64,000 nucleotides of DNA from Adineta vaga (taxonomy: Eukaryota; Animalia; Rotifera). The notes below the pieces were generated by a model, which saw nothing but the letters and a program-made list of their open reading frames with translations, was not told where the DNA came from and did not search any database. The stretch spans positions 11,470,001-11,534,000 of the forward strand of contig CP075496.1 in assembly GCA_021613535.1 (NCBI GenBank), in the 5' to 3' direction. Made by a program: the position numbers and the translations under genes. Below, piece by piece: positions 43,318-55,683 of this stretch; positions within the stretch are counted from its first letter, which is position 1, and each line of letters starts with the position of its first letter.

Positions 43318-44662
43318 CTATTGTGTATTAAGTTTGGGAGAAAAACTTGTTTGTCGTGTTTTTGAATGAATTTTTGGACTTAACATATGTCCAAGAAATA
43401 AATACGAATCATCATATGTTATTAAAAATATAAATGGATGATTAGCAAAGAATACCCATGGTGTTATGGGTGATAGATCGATGGAATGTAAGCATTGTCT
43501 TGATGATTGTTTGGATCTATCGAGAGTCATATCAAGAACAAAATGTACGAGAGAATATGCTGCAGCTATCGAAAATAGAAAATTCAGAAACAAACGTTCG
43601 AGTATGATAACATACATAAATGATTAGTTTCATTTTGTTTAGTTAGATTGTTTAGATTATATATATCATGAAACATTTTTAATGATTCAGTAAGATTCAT
43701 ATCGATATCCATGGAAATATTAGGTATACAAACACTAATAAAGGCTAGAGAAAATGGTAGTTGAAGATATTCATTTAGATTAGCATAGAGATGAACAAGA
43801 TCGGATGAACATCTAAGATGAAGAAAAGATTTGGAATTTTGTTTTTGAATTAGTAAGAAAAATCACCGTGGAAGCAAAAGAATTAATTTCATTTGAATAC
43901 CATTGTAAGTTTGACCCGGTATTTCAATCTTTTGAAATGTTTGATGAAAAGCAATACGAAAAAAACCTTTCGTAAAGTAGAATTCTGTTTCAGTTGATAA
44001 ATGAAGATTTGAATGAAATTTTAATGACCTGAATATTTATAAAAGAACTTTCGTTTACTACTCATCTGTTTTGTTTTTCATTACCCAAGTTGTTCCCAAT
44101 ATTCACTTTTCAATGGTCGAAATATCAATGAACTACATGAAATTAACGTAATAGATTCGATGATTATTTGATTAAGAAATTTTTGTGATGATTGAAATGT
44201 TTGATCAGAAAAATGATTTAATAGTTGATTTAAAATCTTCTTTCTCTCTTCGAAATCAGTTAGATTATATCGATGAAATTCTGTATTAAAATCTTTGCTC
44301 GTGTCTTCCTACAAAACACATTTATTTGTATATAGTTTGTAGTTAATTTTAATCTTACATACATTGAAGTCATTGTCAAATGATTCAATTGAATTTTGAT
44401 TAAGAAGAAAATAATTATAGAATTGAAATGAAATGTTTTTCTTCAATTTATTGATCAAGGTTTTATCAGAAAATGTTATTGATTGAAATGCTATTTCAAT
44501 AGCTATTGGACATAGCAATGCATTGTCATCTCGAAGAGTTAATAAACATTGTTTACTCAATCGTGTTGGTATATCATTCTAAATGTTCATGATAGCAAGG
44601 GAATATTTCGTATAAAATTCTATTCAAAAATATTTACTAACGAGTGTATCTTGATCTGACAT
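43318..44662 (-). CDS. Divergent serpin, probably non-inhibitory
   Basis: Exon 1 MSDQDTL (ATG 44662, donor GTTAGT). NALLCPIAIEIAF (s6B/hB-like), LILLLP, and C-terminal VFFANHPFIFLI..LFLG serpin signature. Confidence 0.75.
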
Positions 44663-44733
44663 AGATATTAAAACGAAAAGAAACAAAACGCGCTTTTCCT
44701 AAAAGAAAAAAGAACGATATATATATTTGTTCA

Positions 44734-45057
44734 ATGCCGTATCGCGTTGATTCATCTGCTACATGGAAACGTCAAGAAAGTCAGTCTTCTATGTCTACAC
44801 AAAGTAATGGTGAAATTTCGAAAGTTACAATTGGTGTTTGGATACGTCGTTTTGTTCTTTTCATTTTTCTACTGTTATTTATCATGCCTTTGGCATTACT
44901 ATTAACACCCTGGTGGATATGGTTACAACCATTTGAAAGACTATGTCCTAATCTAATGTATGGTTATTATCGTATTGTTACATGGCCATTAACTTTAAGT
45001 CAAAAGATTCGATCTTACCAACAGTCTGATCATTTTATTGAAAGATTAAAATATTAA
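44734..45057 (+). CDS. Small intronless membrane protein (107 aa), unknown function
   Basis: ATG-initiated ORF with a long hydrophobic segment FVLFIFLLLFIMPLALLLTPWWIWLQPF followed by an amphipathic tail. Confidence 0.6.
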   Translation: MPYRVDSSATWKRQESQSSMSTQSNGEISKVTIGVWIRRFVLFIFLLLFIMPLALLLTPWWIWLQPFERLCPNLMYGYYRIVTWPLTLSQKIRSYQQSDHFIERLKY

Positions 45058-45080
45058 ATGGTCTACTTGAAGAGAAGATA

Positions 45081-46428
45081 TTATGAAGAGAAAAAATATA
45101 ATTGTTGAAAATGTGATTCATCTAAACCCATGAATTCAGGTGTATATTGATAGATAAGATATTTTAATTCATCTGCTAATGAATCGAAATGATTGGGATT
45201 TTGACGTGCTTGTGCAGAAAAGAAATTCGCTGTATATTGCATGACTTCGATAGCATCTTTTGAATGAGGAATAGTTGTATTCATTCGCCATTCAAATGCA
45301 TTTTTTTCCGGATGCCATTGAACACCAAAAATTGGATAACGACGACCTGTATATATAAAAATAAGATATGAATAAGGAGTTAAAACTTTAAATGATATGT
45401 ACTTTCGATAGTAGAAACAAATGTTCGATTTTCCAAATCATAACTTATTGTTAACATTTTATAGAAGTTTGACAAGACAGGATCAGCTGTAAAATTCTTG
45501 ATTAATAAAAATGAAAATGAAAATTTTCGATAGAAATTCGAGAACGTCGAATACTTACTTCTGGTCGCATACAAAAATCATGATAATTAGATGTAGTTGG
45601 CTTATTTAATAACGAATCTTTTACATTCGATGGTAAGGATGATCCTAACAATCGACTTTGGTTGGCTTCTATTCGTGATGAAAAATACAGATAAAAACTA
45701 GATTGTAATTTCATAGAATTAAAACCTTTCATGAAGATTAGTTCTGTAGCAAAATCATTTCCTTTACATGTATCTAATATATCTGTAGAATGTCTAGTTA
45801 ACATAAGTAATACTTCAAAACCGAGACATGTTCCCCAGATCGGAAAACTTTTTTGTGTTTGATCAAATGCCTAAAAAGAAAATTTATCATTTAGTTCAAA
45901 ATTCATATTTCAATTTACTTTCAATGACCAAGTATAAAACAGATTTGCCACGTAAAAATATTCATCAGTAAATTCACCACCAGGAAGTAATACTCTAAAC
46001 AACATAGAAATGAAATTTCTGTTGATTTTTAACTTTTTATTAATGAATAAACCCATTGAGTGAATTGAATAAATGTGAATAATATTCTATCGATTGATTC
46101 ATTCTTTAAGATTAAAAGAAAATTACTATTAGATTGTAATAAAAGATCATTTATCATCTCATACAAAACAGGTACAACTTGTGCGCCAGTAGCTTCAATA
46201 TATTTGACGTATGAAGCTGCGATATAAGCTGTACGATTGGGTTTTTGCCATGTCGATGGAACTGCTTGACTTAAAATACCTAAATTATATACATAATTAC
46301 ATCTGATTACTTGATTAATCTGATTGTTTACCAATAATTGGTCGAGTATTTTCATTCAATGAATAGGACAATACGTTGTCAATACCGGTTTGTGAGATAA
46401 GTAAAATTGCCAATACCAAATTGATCAT
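45081..46428 (-). CDS. GGH: Gamma-glutamyl hydrolase (peptidase C26), multi-exon
   Basis: Signal peptide, RPII|GILSQ, YIAASYVKYIEATGAQVVP, LLPGG, PIWGTCLGFE (catalytic Cys), GVQWHPEKNAFEW (catalytic His). Confidence 0.94.
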
Positions 46429-46626
46429 TGTTATTCAATCTAAAATCAAATTCAATCGTTTTTCTTGTTTTCTATTACAAATTTCCAATGAAAGCACTGA
46501 TTTTTCTGACAAGAGGATTGCAATTCTTTTCTTTTCTACTACTTATAAAAAACAAGATTAGAAATGACTACTGTTGTATCTTTCGATATTTAATCATTTG
46601 AATAGCAGAACCAGCATTAACATTGA

Positions 46627-48406
46627 TCAATAATAGATCTTGATTATTAATAATACACATCTGAAAGAGATTGAAAGATCTGTTCTAGCATCATGAGATA
46701 TATCCAATATTTTCTCCTTTACTTCTGTTTGATTTGTATAGAATGTTTTTTTTGCTATGTGTGTAGTTTCGTTTTGATCAATTGCAATAATCCAAAGAAT
46801 CTTTTCATCACTAAGAGCAAAGAAGATATTCGAATGTGAAAGACATTTCATTGAATAAATATTTAAACAATCATTTAAATCAATCGTATAACGTAATTCT
46901 AATGTATCAATATCGAATAGAAGTAATGATGTTTTCTTTGGAGTAATATATGGAAAACAGGAGATAAGTACATTATATTTGTCTGTAAATGCAATTAAAG
47001 TATTTGTACAACAAAATATCGGACTATTGATCTAAATATAAAAAAAGAACATTATGATATACTGAATTTCAATCTACGGGAAAAAAAACTCGTATCAAAT
47101 AGTTAACAAAAGTTAACGGATAACAAGTGATGATATTTCACTGTTGATTTAATATCTAAAGAATGACTAGGAAAGAAACAAATGTGTCTGATATCTTGTG
47201 ACTATCTAGATAACATTCTTTGTCTTATTGTAAATAGAAATTAGTTTTTTGTTTTGTATTATTTACTATACCGGTAATTGTTTGTTAGTTAAATTATCAA
47301 ATGTTTTTTCTCGATTGAATTGATAATCATAAATTTCAATTGAACTTGATTGTTGTTCAGTTATGTAAAGTAAAATATTACAATCATTACATGCAATTCG
47401 AGTCAGCTGAAGTTTTTTCAAAACAAGGACTTGATTGACAAGTATTGGATTCGTTCGTGAGGAACGATTATATTGAATAGTATATATCGAATGATGAGAT
47501 AGAGCAACATATCGATCAATAGATGAACACCTTAGAATAATATTGATAGTAATCTAATTTATTTGAAGAAAAAGATTTTACCATAGAATATCAATAATTG
47601 GTTCATATTTCCATTTTATATCTCCTTGAAATTGTCCAGTAACAAGAATAAAATGTAGAAAATGATTATGATTGTTATAGCAGAGAATTACATGTGAATT
47701 CGATGCAATTAAAGATATTTGAAAACGAGTATGAATTATATTGGCAAATTTCCAATATTTACCTATATCAATATTATTATTCAGATCATCTGTTGAACAG
47801 ACTGATAATGATGATGATGATGATATGCGTATTTCTGGTATGTGTGATGAAGTACTCATTTTGGATGAATGTCGATCAGAGATGATTGAGGATGGTGGAT
47901 CGAGTATATTTGATCTTGAGGGTTCTGGACACATTTCTTTCATTGATAGATTAAATGATTTGAAGCGAAAGCTAATTTGAACGAATTTGGAAAGATAGTT
48001 TTGTAATTTAACAAATAACAATTGTTCATTTGGTGGATCATCAGATGAAGATATACTTGATAATGTTTCATAGAAATCATTTTGTAATACTTGGATTTCT
48101 GTTAAAAGATAGTTTAAATGAATCTAAATAATTTCACATAAATCAGAGTTGCTACTACATATAGATACTTATTATTCCAGAAGAATCACTTACTTGTTGA
48201 TTTTGATAGTTAGTATGAAGTGTTGATAATTTTTGTTTATTACCAACTAAATGTGTAAAATGTAAACATTGATCAATACCAAATCGAGCTAATTTAGTCA
48301 AAAATTCACTGAGATAATCATGACTTATTGTATCATCACGTGAATATGATGTTAATATATCTGACATTTTCGAATAAATATAAAAATAATCTAAAAAATC
48401 TTTCAT
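46627..48406 (-). CDS. Helical N-terminus + beta-propeller-like protein, paralog family of 41192-42956; start uncertain (48406 or 48367)
   Basis: Exons join in frame. LIASNSHVILCY...IKWKYEPIIDILW|CSSIDRYVAL motif is shared with the two neighbouring family members. Confidence 0.6.
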
Positions 48407-48723
48407 AGAAAATTTCTAAAGAAGTAATATCCTGCCATATATCTATAGCTCATCAATATGTCTCTTCATTTCATTCATAGACATTATCACAATGCTCAAA
48501 GTTTGAAGACAACACAAAGCTATGCTAAACTTTATAGTTGATTAGATGTTGAACATGTCCTTGGTTTTACAGCGATGAAATAAAGAAAAATCTATATTTA
48601 ATTTCGCTTTGGTTTACTAACAAACTGTTCAAAACAAAAAAACAGAACAAAAAAAAGATCCTTCAAAAATTGTTCAAAACAAATAACAAAAAATATATAA
48701 GTTTATATATCTGCTATTATCTT

Positions 48724-50595
48724 CTATCTAATATTTCGGTATTGAAGTGTTTGAATCGAACATTCCGAACGTAAAATAAACACTTCATGATCATTAATCA
48801 TACATAAATGTTTGCCTTCATCTAATAATTTCTTTCGTATTAATTCATTTGTATCTATATTCACAAGAATTAATTGCATTGGTTCAGCAAGAATCATAAA
48901 GATATTTTTTCCATAACAACATTTAATATCATAAACATTTGAACAATGACGTAATGACATTTGTTGAATGCATATCATGGATTGTAAATCAAAAAAATAG
49001 ACTTGAACATTTTGTTCATTTTCCGTTTGATGAGGATTATTAATTGTTGAAAGAACTTCCGTTTTTTTCACAATAGCAAATAAAGTTTCATTCAAACAGA
49101 AACCATGAAAACCAAGAGGAAAAAAGTCATGTGAAGTATGATTATCATAATGACGTAAACGTTGACCAGATCGACGATCATATAAATCAATCGAAACATT
49201 TTGATGTTCAATCATATAAATATACCAACCAGTTGAATGACAAGATACTCGAACATGTTGAAATGTTAAACCGCGAAAACTAATTAATTTAGTTACTTGT
49301 GGTGAATGATCAGTTGTATATGGATTTGTATCATATGGATAACAGACAGAATAAAGACCTAAATTACCAACACTAAAATACAAAAAAACTAACATAGATA
49401 GACGAATAAAATAAATTCTGTATTTTACATCAGATAAAATTTACTCCATGAACACCATGTCATATCCCAAATTCGTGCATTATTTGCTGTTATTGGTGCT
49501 AGTAATCGATAAACTTTAATACTTGATAAATTCACACCTGAAACAGTTGAATAATTAAGAAAATTTCTTTCAATCACATAAGAAAGTATTGTACGTCCAT
49601 TTGAAGCAATCATATCACATGGATAAGTTAAAACAATACTTTGACCAAACTTAAAATGACTTAAATCTTGAACATTTAATACAGGATTACAAGTTTCATT
49701 CGTTGTTATAGTTGGTGATAGAACATCTGTATTTGTTGGCAAATTTTGTTCTGACATAGGTTGAGATGGTGATGATGGTGTTTGTGGTAAATTATAGGAT
49801 GCGATTGATGAAAATGATGCTGTTAAATAAGATGATAGATTATCTAGATCACGTGCAGGTGAAAGAACAAGTCGAGATAAACGTTCCATACATCGTTGTA
49901 ATTCAATTGAAAATGAATGAGATGTTTCCGATATGTTATTATTATTATACATATTACATTTTGTTCGTATGTATTGTACAGTATCGAGCATTTGTTGTAA
50001 TTCAATCTAAATTTCAAAATATCTATAAATCTAACTTTCTGTACATGGAAATCAATTGGAATGATCCATTTCTTCTGTCATTTTCATTATTGAATAATTC
50101 ATTGAATTACCATTACCTATTGCTCAATGATCTTATTCAATAGGTCAATTTATAATGGAGTTCTATCATAATAGTAATCTTGAACTGAGCCATATTCACT
50201 CAGATCAGTACTGCCATATCTTTCTTCTTTCCTTTCTTCGTTATACCAAATTTTAGGAGAAGATAACCAATATCTCTCTTTGTCTCTCTCTCTCTCAATT
50301 GTTTCTATTAAATAGATCTTTAACATACTTGAGCATTTAATGTTTGTTGTTCAATATCATTTCGACAAAATCGTCGAATCTCAATCAATTGTTCAAATAT
50401 TTTATTAAATGTTCGATTGATTGAATGATGTACATCATCTCGTTGAATTTCAAATAGTTTCTGTTTTTCAATGATATTTCGTTCCGACTGTTCAAGCAAA
50501 TCTTTTAAATCATTCATCGTTTCTTTTGGTGATGATAAACATAAACGACGTCTTGAAAAACTTGATAAAATCAATGAATTTTGATCTATTGACAT
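48724..50595 (-). CDS. Coiled coil + beta-propeller-like protein, same family, 3 exons
   Basis: Coiled-coil exon (DDVHHSINRTFNKIFEQLIEIRR), then MIASNGRTILSY...RIWDMTWCSWSKFYL and further beta-rich repeats. Confidence 0.65.
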
Positions 50596-50723
50596 TGATC
50601 TCAAATAGAGAGACAAAGAAGGAAAATGTAAGAAAAAGAAAATATTCTCAGTGTTTATTAAACAATTTACAAGCAAAGAAAAAAACCTAGACAAAGGTTG
50701 ACTCTACACATAGATTTTGATTT

Positions 50724-52689
50724 TTAGTTCAATGTTGAACGTGTTTTTTCTGAGAAACTTCTTTGTTCTTTTTCAACATAACATTTCATTAACAAGTCAA
50801 CATCAACAACTTGAACATGAATCATTTGAATATAATTAAATTTTGTTTCACGAGGTAAATCATCCATATTGGAAGTTTTCTCTTTTTTTATAGTCACACC
50901 TTTTTCACCTTTGACTCGTTTATGTCGAATCATTAAACGTCGACTTAGATAATCACCAATTAATGAAACACTTCCAATACATACATAAGCATTTGCACTT
51001 GGAAGAAATAATTCATAATCGAGTCTCATTGATTCATATGAACGTAATTTATCTGACGAACAATTTTGTATGCGAAATGGTAAACGAAATTTTTCATATA
51101 AATTATGCATTAAACGTGTTAATTCAACGAAAAGATCATCTAAACTTGATGTTTCTTTAAATCGATATGGTTTATTATCTTGTAAACTATTTTTTAATTG
51201 AAAATTATATTCATGTTCACGTTCAGTAGATACATTCGTTGGTGGAGGCTGTAAATCATTAATTGGTTCTTCAGTGAGAGGATCATCGAAATTTTTCAAA
51301 TGTACATCTCGTACAGTTGTCATTGCTAATAATTGAATTTTATGTGTTTGTTCTTGATTGACATCATAGGTTGCACCTTGTGTAAAGACATAATAAGGTA
51401 AATCAGAATCTAAAATTGTTCGACGAATAAAAGGAACAAGTATTGAAGCTAGAGAACCTAAACCAGATGTAATTAATGAACGTGAACGTGGCTCATCTGC
51501 ATTTTCAAATGTTGTTAAAACATGACGACTTTCATTAATATTTGCACCTAATGCTTCATATATAAATGGTTTGGTTATACTAACAGATGACATTTCTTGA
51601 AAACCTAATTTTGTTAATTCAGAACAAATGAAACGAACAAATTCATGTTTACGAGTGGGCACTGCGCCAAGCCAATACGATCCAAAAATGGATACATCAT
51701 TTTTTTCGACATGACATAATTCATTCCATGTTTTCGAATTAAATGCATGTTTAACAAATGGAATTGATGATTCATAGATAGTTATACCAGATGAGGGTTT
51801 AGCTGGTACAGCAATATGTTGAGCAGCTGGTAGATGTAAACAAGCAACGATAAAACGTTGATCAAATATACGAAAACGTTCACGAAATTGTTCGAAATGA
51901 TTTTTTAATGAATTAAATTCATTGTCATTCATAATCGCTTCACCACGAGCATAAGGAGAATCATTCGATAGTTTCGATGGATGTGCTATTGAATCGATCC
52001 AAGCATTATCAACACTAGATATTACTTCAGAAGCATGTTGAATTTCTCTATTAAATAAAAAAATACAGCGAAAATAAGAATATGTACACAAAAGATTCAT
52101 GTGGTAAACTTCAGAACTCAATATCAAAAGTTTCTTACTCGGTTTTCTCTGTTGTTAGGGTTGTTGTTTCTTCAGATGTTTCATTTGATTTCTTAGATTT
52201 TTTTCGTTTTTTCGTTTTATTTATAGCTATTTCATTGACATCTGTCATAGTTAAATCATTTGTCTGTTGTTGTTCACGTAATTTTTCTTGAATATGATGA
52301 AGATCACGTAAACGTCGATATTCTTTCTTTTCTCGTGACCATCGTTGATAATCGGATGCTAATTGATTGATATCGACCATAAGATTTCTTTGTTCACAAT
52401 TTTCTTTCAATAATTCAATATCACGAAACATTTTAATAAAATGTAAATCAGGTAAAACTTGTTTAGGATAATCAGTAGTATTTAATGGATAAAGAGCTAA
52501 ACGACAAGTAAATGAATCATATCAATCTCATGAAACAGAAATCATCTAACCTGAACGAATATGATCATTCGTTGATTTGACAGTAAATAGAAGAGTTTGA
52601 TTGGGAAATATATGTGAAGACGACGAAGATACACGAGAAGATATATGATATATCGTTCGTCGAAGAACGAAAATTTTTGATGAATACAT
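50724..52689 (-). CDS. SLIMP: Mitochondrial seryl-tRNA synthetase-like protein (SLIMP-type pseudo-synthetase)
   Basis: Arg/Ser-rich mitochondrial presequence, then SALY..LPDL, a coiled-coil arm and SerRS core remnants (DLPY, YESMRLDYELFLPS, GDYLSRRLMI). Class II motif 2 (FRxE) and motif 3 (GxxxxxxR) are lost. Confidence 0.75.
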
Positions 52690-52705
52690 CTGAAAGAGTA
52701 ACAAG
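52690..52705 (-). promoter_or_regulatory. Unpaired 3' splice acceptor directly before the SLIMP ATG (candidate SL trans-splice site)
   Basis: Minus strand reads cttgttactctttcag|ATG; only 70 bp separate it from the GTF3C2 stop. Confidence 0.55.
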
Positions 52706-52759
52706 ACAATCATTATGTATATATTTATATAACAATGAGAGAAATTGGAAGTGAAAATT

Positions 52760-55141
52760 CTATTTTATGGATTTATTTTCCTTTTCATAGATGTTCATAG
52801 CATGTGATGACCAGGATTGATTCAATGGAAGAATGAAAAGTAAACCAGATTCGCCACCAAATGCATACCAACCATATGAACCAAGATTAGGATTAAAACG
52901 TATCTAATTTACAAAAATAGATGTATGTTTCTTGTTCTTTTGTTTTTTTTCAAAAATATGATAGACACAATTACCTTATGTAAAGCATTTAAAGCATAAC
53001 TTCCAGCTTTAGTAAAATCATCTTGTTTACTGACAAATTTTTGCTAAAATTATTCAAAGATATTTAATTCGTCTGACATATACATATAATTACATCACAA
53101 GATAAATTGGTATCCAGATAATATTTATCAACTAGATTAGAATATGATGATTGTTCAAAAATTGGTTCACCAGTTTCATTATTATCTAAACAATTATGAA
53201 GAATACAATGTGGTCATCATCAAAACTTATCATTTTCAATTTGTTCTTACTTTTTGATATATCTTCTTGTTTATCTGACTTGAGAATTGCATTCATATTG
53301 AATAGTTTCTAAAAATTAAATATTGCTTTTCAAATCCAACATATTATCACTACTTACCAATCGATATTTCAATGAACATTCATTCTTTCTTGTCCATCGT
53401 ACAAAATTTGTTAGACGAAAGAAATAAACACAACCTGAACACAAAATTACATCACTACTTCAAAAGAACCATCTCGATCTTTACCATTCGTATCACAAAG
53501 TAAACTAGCGTCAAGCCATGGTGAATAATCTACACTTAGAACATGATCTGGTGTTGATTGAAAGTAAATATGTTTTGGCAGATTACTATTCTCTGGATCA
53601 TATGCAAGATAAGCGCTCATTCGAGCATATGATCTAAATCAACATAATTATTATTCATTCTTATAAGTTCTTGTTTTTTTCCATTGAACACTTACGGTGT
53701 GAATTCTTTTGCACATAAAAGATCGCCTGTTAATGTTCTTATGACTGATTCTGTACCACTATTTTCAATATCGATTAAATGCTGTTGACTATCATCAAAA
53801 TCCCATACACTGGAAAAAAGGAAAACGATACAAATCAGTCCGAAAACGAGAAACATTTAATGATGAATTTCCTACGAAAATCGTTTAGCAATGTTTGCAA
53901 TTGTTAAAACAAGATTGGATGAATTACTTAGGAATTTTATATCACGAATAGGTGTATAAGAAATTCGAATGAATCGAATGGGATAGATTATTTTTTCTTC
54001 ATTGGATTTCTATGAATAGAAGAAAAAGAAGAAGAAATTCGACATACGATTAACTAACAGAAGATATTTACCATTTCTATCAGATGTTTTACTTGTGTAT
54101 TAACATGAAAAAGAGCAATAAAACCATTACTATAACAAGAAACAAGACGATTTGGATCGTGAATAGACCAATCAATTGCTAAACATTGTGTTTGATTATT
54201 TGGTTCATTCAAAAGTAATCGAATTGATTTGGATGCTTTATAAAATGGATAAATTTTCTTGGATAACTGAGCTGATGATGATGCTGTTGTAATATGTTGA
54301 GAAAAGATTTTATATACATAAATTGCACCTGAACTTGTTCCAGCAGCTAAATATGCTGCTGGTGATGACATGTTGGTGACCATTTTAAACTCCATATAGC
54401 ACCACTATCATCAATCGGTATAAAACCGATTAATTCATGATTATTTGGTGATAAACTTGTTTTAATATTTGATAAATCGAACGTCCAGATTTGTATATAA
54501 TTTTTATATGAATAAGTTTCATCATAGAAATGTTTTGATATTAATGATGAACGTGAACAACCTATGGCAAGATATTGATGATTTATTGGACAATTTGTTG
54601 TTGGCATCGAAAGCCAATCGAGAGATTGTATTGGACCAATACCCATATTTAATGTAAATACATTCGTTTTATGTACAATTGATTCAAATGGTGAAAGAAT
54701 CAGAGGCGTATCCGAAGTCTATAGTATAAAATGAAAATAATTCTTATGAAATGAAATCTTTCACTTACATCCTGAGAGAGTTGAATGTGATAAGTATCAA
54801 GTAAAACTTGTTCGGACAATTTTTTATCATTAGTAAATTCAATTTTATTATCATGATCTAAATAATCGATTGTTAATTGTCGTTCTTGATTTCGATGTTG
54901 TAATTTCAAAGCAACACCAAATGCAATTTCATTCAATGTTAATGCATGTTCTAAAGAAATCAGTTTAAATTTTTATAACAATCAGAAGAATATTTACGTG
55001 GTACAGGTCCATTATCAATTGTATTTCGATAATTTCCCCAACTTTCTGTTTGATCTTTCGATAAAATAGCGATTGATTTTCGTTTTGCTGCTGATGATCG
55101 TCGATTTCGAGGTTCGATTTCTTCATCTGATTCATCACCTC

Positions 55142-55175
<34 letters not shown>

Positions 55176-55564
55176 ATCATTCTCATATTCATCTCCACTA
55201 CTAATCTCTTTATCTAGAATAACAAAAAGTAGCTCATCACTCTCTAACTTTCCAGTGTAACTTACATTTTTGCTTTACTTTCGCAGCTTTTCTTTGTTCA
55301 ACAACATTGCTATTCATTGTTAATAAATTTTCAATTTTTGGTTCAATTACTAACATTAGGAAAATCATTTGTAAGCAATTTTCTTGATCAAAGAAATCTT
55401 ACATTCATCTTTTGTTTCATTTGTCTGAATATTATCATTAGTTACAATTGGTGTTCTTGAAAAATGAAATATTAAAGAACAAAAAAAGAAAGATTTTCAT
55501 TTGGATTCTCTTTTCACACATACTTTCTCGGTCGACCTCTTCTTTTTGCTGCCGGTGGATTCAT
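52760..55564 (-). CDS. GTF3C2: General transcription factor IIIC subunit 2 (TFIIIC110, WD40)
   Basis: N-terminal AT-hook KRRGRPRK, acidic tract, GPIQSLDW, QYLAIG, IQIW, GAIWSLKW, and C-terminal LHK|IRFNPNLGSYGWYAFGGESG. Confidence 0.85.
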
Positions 55565-55683
55565 TTCCTTTCTTTTTTCAGTATAAAAATCTGAAAAGAC
55601 AACGTACGGACGGATTTTATTTTTATTTTGTTCAAAGCAAAACAAAAAAAGAATGAGAGGACGAGACTGAGATCATTTATATA

